Of a DNA stretch of 20,000 nucleotides, positions 9,304 through 17,437 are shown piece by piece. Source of the stretch: Tortispora ganteri (lineage: Eukaryota); contig PPNB01000023.1 in assembly GCA_003707115.1 (NCBI GenBank), forward strand, positions 120,008 to 140,007, read 5' to 3'. A program made the position numbers and the translations under genes. Under the pieces are notes generated by a model. It did no database searches, was not told where the DNA came from, and was given only the letters and a program-made list of their open reading frames with translations. Numbering within the stretch: the stretch's first letter is position 1; each line of letters begins with the position of its first letter.

Positions 9304-9365
9304 CGGTGCTCTGGTGAAATCTAAAAGTTCAATTTTTACCACACTTTAACCTATCTACTGCCACT

Positions 9366-11429
9366 ATGACACGCAAAATGCCACTCGGGTGGTTATCACA
9401 CCACTCGCGTCTATTTAAAAGGGATATATCACTGCTGTCGCTTGCAAAAAGCCGTGCAGAACTTTACAATATGGGTGAGCCCTCAGACGTGGTCGTAATA
9501 GGCGGTGGTCATGCTGGATGTGAAGCGAGTGCAGCTAGTGCACGTTCAGGTGCAAAAACAACCCTTATAACGCCTAAATTAGACGGTATAGGCACCTGTT
9601 CCTGTAATCCGAGTTTTGGAGGTATTGGAAAAGGCACTTTAGTACGTGAAGTCGACGCACTAGACGGTCTGGCCGCCCGGATCATCGACAAGGCCGGCAT
9701 TCATTTTCGCGTCCTCAACCGCTCACAGGGTCCCGCAGTCAGAGGCCCACGCGCCCAAATAGATAGATCTCTTTATAAAAAACACATGCAAAACGAAATA
9801 CTTAATTACAAAAACCTCTCAGTCCTTGAAGATAGCGTCAAGGATATCATTGTTGACGACTCTCACACCGACTCAGCTGTTTCCTCCGGTACGGTTTGCG
9901 GAGTCATCTTAGAGTCTGGAAAAATAGTACCCGCTTCACAGGTCGTCATTACAACTGGTACTTTTCTCAGTGGGGAAATTCACATAGGTCAAACTGTCTA
10001 CCCGGCAGGCCGTATTGGCGAACCCGCGACTTTCGGCATATCTGATACACTCAAGCAATCTGGGTTTCGTCTCGGTCGACTGAAAACTGGTACGCCTCCA
10101 AGACTAGATGGGAATACTATAGACTTCTCGAATCTTGAAAAGCAACCTGGAGATATACCCCCCATAGCCATGAGCTTTATAAACGACAAACCCGACGTCA
10201 AGTCGCAACTCACTTGTTACAAAACTTTCACCACTCCCGAATCGCATAAAATTATACGCGAAAATATGCACAAGAGTATTCATATAAGAGAAACAGTTAA
10301 TGGTCCAAGATATTGTCCCTCTATTGAGTCCAAAATTATCCGATTTCCAGACAAACAATCTCATGTCCTCTGGCTGGAACCTGAAGGATTTGATACGGAC
10401 GTTATATATCCTAACGGTATTTCCACTACGCTGCCAGAAGAAAATCAACTAGAGCTTTTGCGATCTATTCCGGGATTAGAAAATGTTACCATGTTGCAGC
10501 CAGGTTATGGCGTCGAATACGACTACATAGATCCAAGAGATCTCCGATATTCTCTAGAATCCAAACTGGTAAATGGGCTCTTCTTTGCCGGCCAGATTAA
10601 TGGAACAACAGGCTATGAAGAAGCCGCCGCTCAAGGAATTATTGCAGGCGCTAATGCTGGACTTGCTGCGCTTGGTAAAGACCCATTGATCCTCACTAGA
10701 CGAGACGCCTACATTGGAATTCTTATTGATGATCTAATCACCAAGGGCGTAACCGAACCCTACCGTATGTTTACTTCACGCTCAGAATATCGATTAAGTG
10801 TACGTGCAGATAATGCCTCATACCGTCTTACCGAAAGGGCGCGAAACTGTGGTATTGTACGTGACGAACGCTGGACTTACTTTTGCAATAAAAAGGAGCA
10901 GCTTTCCGAGGCTCGTCAGTTATTGCTAAATATGAGTATGTCGCCAAACAAATGGGAAGCTGAATACGGTATTAAGATGAATAACGATGGAAGGATACGC
11001 AATGGTATGGAAATAATGCGTTTCGAGGATGCTAATGGTACGGACATCCATCGGGAACTGGCCAAGAAAATTCCTGAACTAGCTAAGTATCCCGACGATA
11101 TTATGGAACAGATTTATATTGAAGCCAAATATTCAGCTTATCTAGATCGAGAAGCGAAAATGGCAGAGAATTTCTCTGCGCAGGAAAGTTTGCAGCTTCC
11201 CATTGACTTCGACTACTCTTCACTTGGTACGGCAATGTGCAACGAAGCAAAGGATGCTCTAAACGCTGTACGCCCTGAAACCTTAGGCCAAGCAAAAAGA
11301 TTGCAAGGGGTTAATCCTTCTGCATGGATGATACTATATCAACTCGTGAAAAACGGAGGAATGAGCAAAACAAAAAAATACAACGGGTTCAACTTTCAGC
11401 GCAAAAATGACACTAGTGCTACTCTGTAG
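9366..11429 (+). CDS. MTO1: Mitochondrial tRNA U34 modification enzyme Mto1 (GidA/MnmG family), 687 aa
   Basis: [12 protein letters not shown] motif, [67 protein letters not shown]-terminal presequence-like extension. Confidence 0.98.
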   Translation: MTRKMPLGWLSHHSRLFKRDISLLSLAKSRAELYNMGEPSDVVVIGGGHAGCEASAASARSGAKTTLITPKLDGIGTCSCNPSFGGIGKGTLVREVDALDGLAARIIDKAGIHFRVLNRSQGPAVRGPRAQIDRSLYKKHMQNEILNYKNLSVLEDSVKDIIVDDSHTDSAVSSGTVCGVILESGKIVPASQVVITTGTFLSGEIHIGQTVYPAGRIGEPATFGISDTLKQSGFRLGRLKTGTPPRLDGNTIDFSNLEKQPGDIPPIAMSFINDKPDVKSQLTCYKTFTTPESHKIIRENMHKSIHIRETVNGPRYCPSIESKIIRFPDKQSHVLWLEPEGFDTDVIYPNGISTTLPEENQLELLRSIPGLENVTMLQPGYGVEYDYIDPRDLRYSLESKLVNGLFFAGQINGTTGYEEAAAQGIIAGANAGLAALGKDPLILTRRDAYIGILIDDLITKGVTEPYRMFTSRSEYRLSVRADNASYRLTERARNCGIVRDERWTYFCNKKEQLSEARQLLLNMSMSPNKWEAEYGIKMNNDGRIRNGMEIMRFEDANGTDIHRELAKKIPELAKYPDDIMEQIYIEAKYSAYLDREAKMAENFSAQESLQLPIDFDYSSLGTAMCNEAKDALNAVRPETLGQAKRLQGVNPSAWMILYQLVKNGGMSKTKKYNGFNFQRKNDTSATL

Positions 11430-11481
11430 TATTACAAAACTAAGTTGCGCGTTAATTGACACAGTGTTATTTTCTTTTTTA

Positions 11482-14334
11482 TTAGATGGCGGTTAGTTTA
11501 GCACTCAGTTCAGGAGAAAGCGTACCTATCAACGAAGAGACAGGCCCGCCAGCAGATGATAATTTCTGTTTCACGTATGAGGGAACATCGATCACATCTG
11601 GTCTGATAATCAGAGCTGGTTTAGTTGCAAGGACCAGCCTAGAATAAGACGAGGTAAACGCAAGATCATTTTCAGTTACTTCGACATTTTCAAACTCCTC
11701 GGATGGTTGAGCAACGCCAGAGCTTAGTAGCGCCAATATAGCTTCAACGGCACCAGCGAATTGCGTCTCATTAATAGAAGTTGTTTCAGGAAGTCTAGAT
11801 GCTACTTCAACAAGACCGATAACCGCAGTCCTCTTTGCCGATTTTTGCAGAATCCGGGAACATGCCGGAATGATGAACTGGGTAAACAAAGTTGTAAATA
11901 GACCTGGCTGCACAGCTTCCAAGAATCCGTAAGCATAGGGAAACCCAAGTGACGGTTTATCTGAAGCAGCAAGAAATAAAATGAAATTTGCGAATAGAAT
12001 CACAAATTTTTCTGTTCTGGAATTTTGAAGTCTCTGAAGAATAATGACCGCGATTTGTTTGAGGTGCTGCTCGGCGTCAAGTTCAAGAGATAATATGCAT
12101 GCAGTTAACAGATCGAACGCAAAATTGTCATTAGCTTTAGATGCAATTAATTTTTGAAACACACCTAATAAGCGTAGTTTTGTATCTGGCTCGTGAAATA
12201 GAACAGGGCATTTCTCAACCATATCGGCTAGAAGCCTTGAAATAGCGGGAATGTTTCCGCGAGACTCCCACAATGCCGGTGCCAGAAGCGGATCGACCAG
12301 ATTTCTATAATGGCTAGAAGCCTCTGCGTTTGGAGAAACTTCTAATATTTGAGCAAGAATTTGAAAGACGTATGGTGTAAGTTCAGCAACGTCTTCTCCT
12401 AATACAGAGAATAAAGTAGGCATTACAGCTGATTCAAGATTAGACTGGTCAAGGTTGGAGAATCGAACAACAGCCGCCAGAGCTTCAAACAAGAAATGAG
12501 TGAATCTTGGGTTTGAAGGGTTTTTAGCCACAATCTCGAGAATTTTAGTAATATGACCTAGCAACTCAACAGAGTAAGGGCTAATTGAAGAATTTGCAGC
12601 AACAAGCACCCGCATAGCGCATCGCATCAGATATTCATTTTCAGCCAGTTTTTCGGGAGTATTAGCACGTTCTATAATTGCAAACAAATGGTGAAGTAGA
12701 TCTTGGGACAATGGTGCTATATCAGATTTGCTAAATAGCGTAGTGGAAGTGTTGTCGGAATTCTTCAAGGATAGCAGTCTTTCGATGGTGATAGCTGCAT
12801 ACGTGAATACGACGTAGTTATTGGATGATAAAAACGACGAAAGAACCGGCATAGCTTGTGAAAGAATAGCTTTGGGAAGCTGATTTCGAAAGACATAGAT
12901 ATATTTGATAGAGTCGACACGAATAATCGGAGACACATCAGTGACGAGATCGTGTGCGACATTAGTAGTAAAGAACTCGTATACATCGACGAGCGGGTTG
13001 ATAGAAGAAACGCCATTTACTGTATTAGAGCTGTTAACGGCGCAAGCAGAAAATAGGTACAACGCACTATCTTTTGCTTTCCAGCTTGACTTGTCGTTTT
13101 GATAGTTCTGCAAGAAAGTTTTGACGTGCTGCATGACAACTTTGGTGACAGGTTCATTGTGTTGTTCGCGAAGTGCAGTAAGCAGGTCAGTGGTAGCACG
13201 ACGCCGAGTATCAGTGTCTGCACCTTCCAAGTCGCGTCGAATAAACTCGATAGGGTCATCTTCGAAGAGTTCTTCGTCCGATTCGCGAAGCAATGTATTG
13301 GGCAATATGACGAGCTCGATGATCTGGTTGATGGCAGATTCCTGGCTGAATATTCCAGAGGCCTGAGACGGGATCTTTGATACAACAGTGAGAAAGTGCA
13401 TAGCTTTGCTTATAAGAATGTCATATTTTGGATGCGGTCCAGTAGAAGTGAGCAGGTTCCAGGTGGACTGAACAAACGGTTCGAGGAGCGGTTCAAAAAC
13501 ATCGCTGTAGCGTTGCGCATAGAGCGTAAGAAGGTCACATATAGAGGATTTCAGCTGTTCAAGAGGTCCAGACTCGTTTTCATCATCGGATTCCAGAATA
13601 GGATTTGAGTAGACGAAGTATTTGAGAACGAGTTCCATAAGAGTTTTAATATTGTCTTCGAAGAACTCGGGGATATCCTGACAGTTTAAATCAAAATAAA
13701 TTTCCATAATGAGCAACAAGTTTTCTACTAGAAGGGGCAAATTTTGTGGATCAGATTTTGCGGCGTCGATTTGAGAGTCTGTGTACTGGAACACGGAAAG
13801 GAAAGGTACACAAAACTTGTCTAGGACAAGTTTGATCTCTAGGAACAGTTCGTTTGAGCGGAAAAGAGGTCTCCAACGTCGGAATATGGAATGTGCGACG
13901 TCAAATACGCCATTTGTAACGGTTGGGCTGTTAGGATCGAGTCTTGCGACTAGGTCATCAATAAGACCAGGCCATCTTTCTGGGAAGTCGCTGTCTGCGA
14001 TAGAACTGATGCTTTCGCCGATTTGTCGTCTAAGGATCGAAGGGAGGGTGATCATGAAAGGAACAATTTCAGATTTTACGGCTATAATGTCGGGCTCTGT
14101 AAGGAGATAGTTTCCTTCGTCGTCTGTCCAGCTGCGCCGTATGAAATTCTTGAAGAAGAGCGAAGCAGCGAGTCGTACGGACATGTTTACATTAGTGTCA
14201 GCAACGAGTTGGAGCAGGTTTGTAGCAAACCCGGGTTGAGTTTCAAAAGATCGCAGCGACTTTTCAGCTGCTAAAGCATTGTTTGGATTCAGCGACAGCT
14301 CAAAAAGATGGATGAGATCGGATTGTGAAGCCAT
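11482..14334 (-). CDS. CSE1: Exportin-2 / importin-alpha re-exporter Cse1, 950 aa
   Basis: Importin-beta N-domain (RLAASLFFKNFIRRSW), DSDFPERWP, RRWRPLFRSNELFLEIK, QDIPEFFEDN, EDDPIEFIRRDLEGADTDTRRRA, LAENEYLM, KNPSNPRF. Confidence 0.97.
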   Translation of the reverse strand: MASQSDLIHLFELSLNPNNALAAEKSLRSFETQPGFATNLLQLVADTNVNMSVRLAASLFFKNFIRRSWTDDEGNYLLTEPDIIAVKSEIVPFMITLPSILRRQIGESISSIADSDFPERWPGLIDDLVARLDPNSPTVTNGVFDVAHSIFRRWRPLFRSNELFLEIKLVLDKFCVPFLSVFQYTDSQIDAAKSDPQNLPLLVENLLLIMEIYFDLNCQDIPEFFEDNIKTLMELVLKYFVYSNPILESDDENESGPLEQLKSSICDLLTLYAQRYSDVFEPLLEPFVQSTWNLLTSTGPHPKYDILISKAMHFLTVVSKIPSQASGIFSQESAINQIIELVILPNTLLRESDEELFEDDPIEFIRRDLEGADTDTRRRATTDLLTALREQHNEPVTKVVMQHVKTFLQNYQNDKSSWKAKDSALYLFSACAVNSSNTVNGVSSINPLVDVYEFFTTNVAHDLVTDVSPIIRVDSIKYIYVFRNQLPKAILSQAMPVLSSFLSSNNYVVFTYAAITIERLLSLKNSDNTSTTLFSKSDIAPLSQDLLHHLFAIIERANTPEKLAENEYLMRCAMRVLVAANSSISPYSVELLGHITKILEIVAKNPSNPRFTHFLFEALAAVVRFSNLDQSNLESAVMPTLFSVLGEDVAELTPYVFQILAQILEVSPNAEASSHYRNLVDPLLAPALWESRGNIPAISRLLADMVEKCPVLFHEPDTKLRLLGVFQKLIASKANDNFAFDLLTACILSLELDAEQHLKQIAVIILQRLQNSRTEKFVILFANFILFLAASDKPSLGFPYAYGFLEAVQPGLFTTLFTQFIIPACSRILQKSAKRTAVIGLVEVASRLPETTSINETQFAGAVEAILALLSSGVAQPSEEFENVEVTENDLAFTSSYSRLVLATKPALIIRPDVIDVPSYVKQKLSSAGGPVSSLIGTLSPELSAKLTAI

Positions 14335-14504
14335 TTGATTGGTTGCACTGAAGATTGGAATGTGGAAGAGAAAAAAAGAGGGTAAGGTGTAAAGGTATAA
14401 GGGATCCTCGAAGCTCTTTGGGACAAAACTACTAGTAAAGTTTTAAAGTATAAGAGACCACATACAACCTAACGGTGCTTAGGGGAAGAGCAATTTCACG
14501 GTTA

Positions 14505-14538
14505 TTTTTTCTTTCTTTCTTTCTTTCCCCCTTTTTTT
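14505..14538 (+). repeat. Pyrimidine tract containing a (CTTT)4 microsatellite
   Basis: An unbroken T/C run at 14505-14538 with (CTTT)4 at 14511-14526, just upstream of the ATG at 14555. Confidence 0.7.
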
Positions 14539-14554
14539 AATAAAATAAATATCT

Positions 14555-15049
14555 ATGAGTGACGAATCAGAGATTCCAAAAGCTGCAGAGTTATCGACAA
14601 TATGGTCTGCGTTTGCAGAACTGTGTGCTCAACTTGAAGACAATCAAGCGAACCTCAATAAAGTGTTCAAAATGACCGAAACAGTACTGAAAGAGGGCGA
14701 TTTCGAGGGCGATTTCGATGTCCGTGCAATAAATGCCACTGAAACTGAAAAACTTCTTGTCACAGAGAACGTAGATCTTAAAATTGAAAACAAAAAGCTC
14801 AAAGCACAGAATCAGATTCTCACTACAACAGTCAATGAGTACATAGAGGGTCTCACAACAATCACGTCAACTATACGGTCAAAATCAGAGGATCTGCATC
14901 ATTATATACTCAACCAAACTAAACACTACAATGTTATAATTGCGAGCGAACGTCAGAAATACGCATCTCTCCAGAATAAACACGACGAAACGCTACAAAA
15001 AGTCCGCAACCTGAGCTCGCTCTTGCGCACCGCCCTCAATGATTCGTAG
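14555..15049 (+). CDS. Small coiled-coil protein, probable Far3/Far7/SIKE-like STRIPAK subunit, 164 aa
   Basis: ATG in an A-rich context; the ORF fills the gap between CSE1 and the peroxin gene; heptad-rich. The N-terminal helix ELSTIWSAFAELCAQLEDNQ and TETEKLLVTENVDL resemble Far3-type proteins as I recall them. The CDS is likely real; the family assignment is tentative. Confidence 0.6.
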   Translation: MSDESEIPKAAELSTIWSAFAELCAQLEDNQANLNKVFKMTETVLKEGDFEGDFDVRAINATETEKLLVTENVDLKIENKKLKAQNQILTTTVNEYIEGLTTITSTIRSKSEDLHHYILNQTKHYNVIIASERQKYASLQNKHDETLQKVRNLSSLLRTALNDS

Positions 15050-15114
15050 CAGGTCTAGCCGACTTGCCGTCTAGTCGCTTACTGGCATTCTATATCTTCC
15101 ATTTTAATTTCCAG

Positions 15115-15896
15115 TTAGCCAGCTCTATGTTTTATAACCAATTTATAAAAGCTATTTGTTAGTCGTACAGCTCGCAAACGCATTATCGTCTACTTACCTC
15201 AATAACGCTGATCCTAGCCCTAAACTTGCTTGGTAGATCGGCGACAACTTCCATTCAAAAACGTCGTGTACTATCAGTGTTAATTCTCGTTCTCTCAGCT
15301 CTCGCTAGTTTCTACTTACCGCAAAATCCAAAATCACATATCAGCTTTAATATGCTAATTGTGTTCATCTTTAGCTTCTCATCTCTATCTGTTGACGCCA
15401 TCATCTGCAGTATTGTCTGTCTCTTTTCAAACAACAGCCGAAGATCGATACAGATCGTGCCCAGCCATGCGCGGTTAGCCTGCACATCTGCAATCTCACC
15501 AATCTGTTTCGACTGAATCACTTTCATCTTGTATAGGCAGTACACGTCATCAGCCGCAGTGTTTACTAGATCAAACACACTCCGGCTTAATGCAAACATG
15601 TCTATTTTCCGTTTGTTCATGCCCGCTGATATAGAATACTCTGTTATCTCATGCAGTGGCTCTACCCAGTCAAATAACCTGATTATTTTGCGAAACATCG
15701 AAAAGTTATCCACTAGTGCACGAACAACCCGCTCGTTCTCAAAGCTCCAATGCTTTTCGCCAGCAGGCCCCGCTTTCATACCCCACAGTACAACTTTGCC
15801 AATATACTGTATGATTTTGACCATCTTATCCTTACCCTCCCGGTCTTTCGTCAACCGTACTAATATATCAATTGCATTTCTATTTGTTGAACTCAT
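15115..15896 (-). CDS. PEX11: Pex11-family peroxin (Pex25 or Pex11/25-like), spliced: exons 15896-15320, 15270-15198, 15151-15115, 228 aa
   Basis: EGKDKMVKIIQY and the amphipathic SMFRKIIRLFDW are Pex11-family features. Removing two introns restores the C-terminus CDFGFCVHDVFEWKLSPIYQASLGLGSALLSFYKLVIKHRAG* with the expected hydrophobic segment. The symbol denotes the family; the subfamily is uncertain. Confidence 0.85.
15152..15197 (-). other. Intron 2 of the Pex11-family gene (46 nt, phase 2)
   Basis: GTAAGT donor, GACTAAC branch point, AAATAG acceptor; contains an in-frame stop. Confidence 0.88.
15271..15319 (-). other. Intron 1 of the Pex11-family gene (49 nt, phase 1)
   Basis: GTAAGT donor, AATTAAC branch-like site, CTGATAG acceptor; contains an in-frame stop. 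Confidence 0.85.
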
Positions 15897-16056
15897 CCTC
15901 TTTGATTTTCAATCCTTTAGCTTTAAGCTGGCACCAAGTCCTCGCTATGGATCGGACGGCTACTCTCTCTAGGTAGTACGCTGGGCCTACCTTTTCCCCA
16001 TATCTCTACTAGCCAAACTCACCGGTCATAATACATCAGGGTTAGGTCTTCACGGT

Positions 16057-16111
16057 CCAATCACGTCACTAGCCGCTATATAATCTGATCGCGCATTCCA
16101 TTGCTGACTCA
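16057..16111. promoter_or_regulatory. Motif cluster in the divergent peroxin / transsulfuration-enzyme promoter
   Basis: CCAAT 16057-16061, TCACGTCA 16061-16068 (CRE-like), TATATAA 16077-16083, TGACTCA 16105-16111 (Gcn4/AP-1 consensus). Confidence 0.45.
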
Positions 16112-16168
16112 TTTTTTTTCTCTCATTTAAGTAAGTCTTTTTTTTCTGTTCTGCTTGCCCAAATAGTA

Positions 16169-17335
16169 ATGGATCTATCACTTGATACACTGGGAATTCA
16201 TGCTGACGATGAAGTCGTAACCTACCTCTCCGATGTGGCACCAGGTATACACTCTTCCACCACTTTTCGCTACTCTGACAACCCCGAGGAACTCAGAACC
16301 GTGAAAGAAGCTGGAAACCTCGCAGCTGCTTCTGATAGCGGCTACATATACTCACGTGTAAGCACCCGCAATACCGATCGTGCTGAGGCGATCTTAGAAT
16401 CTATAATTGGAAAGCCAACCGTCCTATATGCCAACGGTCTTTCCGCCTTCATGGCCGCACTAGTTCATCTCAACCCAAAACGTGTAGCCATAGGCGAAGG
16501 ATACCACGGATGTCACGGCGTTCTTGAGATATTCCAGCGTCTCTCAGGCAAGAGTTCGGATGCACCTGCTGTGGAAATCTTACCTTTGGACTGTCCTGCC
16601 GATCAACTCGGACCTGGCGATGTAATCCATCTGGAAACTCCTATTAATCCTACTGGTGTCTCTTTTGACCTTGCTCACTATGCTGAAAAGGCTCATTCTC
16701 GTGGCGCTTTTTTAGTTGTTGATTCTACATTTGCGCCGCCTCCTCTACAGGACCCGTTCGCTTTCGGTGCTGATATAGTCATGCACTCTGCCACAAAGTA
16801 TTTTGGCGGTCATTCTGATTTATTGGCTGGCGTACTGGCCGTCAAAGATCAAGAAACTAAAGCTAAGCTAATTGTTGATCGTCTTCACTTGGGAACTATT
16901 CCAGGATCTCTGGAAGTTTTCTTGCTCATAAGATCGCTACGTACATATAACATGCGTATAGAGAAGCAATCGAGCAATGTCCTTAAAGTTGTGAACTGGC
17001 TAAAAGAAGCTAAAGAAAGTGGTAAATATCCGATCACTAAGATTCATCATTCTTCCCTACAAACAGAAGATTTTGTTAAAAAGCAATTGCCAAACGGCTA
17101 CGGCCCAGTTTTTTCTTTTGAGCTTTCAAAACTCGAACTGGCACGATCACTGCCTAGCAAACTCAAACTATTCCACCATGCTACGTCTCTTGGTGGTGTC
17201 GAATCGCTAATTGAATGGCGTGCAATGACTGATCCGAAGATCTCACTAACCTTACTCAGAGTATCTGTCGGTGCCGAAAACGCTGATGATCTAATTGCTG
17301 ATCTCAAGCAAGGCTTAGATGCGATTTCTGCTTAA
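16169..17335 (+). CDS. PLP-dependent Cys/Met metabolism enzyme (cystathionine gamma-synthase/beta-lyase family), YHR112C-like, 388 aa
   Basis: STTFRY, YSR, HLETPINPTG, VDSTFAPP, the PLP-lysine motif HSATKYFGGHSD, and HATSLGGVESLIEWRAMTD. IHHSSLQTEDFVKKQL matches the YHR112C subfamily as I recall it. Confidence 0.92.
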   Translation: MDLSLDTLGIHADDEVVTYLSDVAPGIHSSTTFRYSDNPEELRTVKEAGNLAAASDSGYIYSRVSTRNTDRAEAILESIIGKPTVLYANGLSAFMAALVHLNPKRVAIGEGYHGCHGVLEIFQRLSGKSSDAPAVEILPLDCPADQLGPGDVIHLETPINPTGVSFDLAHYAEKAHSRGAFLVVDSTFAPPPLQDPFAFGADIVMHSATKYFGGHSDLLAGVLAVKDQETKAKLIVDRLHLGTIPGSLEVFLLIRSLRTYNMRIEKQSSNVLKVVNWLKEAKESGKYPITKIHHSSLQTEDFVKKQLPNGYGPVFSFELSKLELARSLPSKLKLFHHATSLGGVESLIEWRAMTDPKISLTLLRVSVGAENADDLIADLKQGLDAISA

Positions 17336-17437
17336 AACTATTCTCTCTTACAAACTAGACGTAGAAATTCACCATTATTAACTATCCTTGTCATTATGTG
17401 TATCAAACTTAATAAAGTCTGATTTTTTCTTTCTTCT

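Noticed and set aside
15529..15972. 147-aa ORF antisense to the Pex11-family gene
   Set aside because: TTG start; it is a shadow of the peroxin frame.
16053..16075. CGG-N17-CCG as an oleate response element for the peroxin
   Set aside because: The spacing fits, but the TNA at N3 is absent on both strands.
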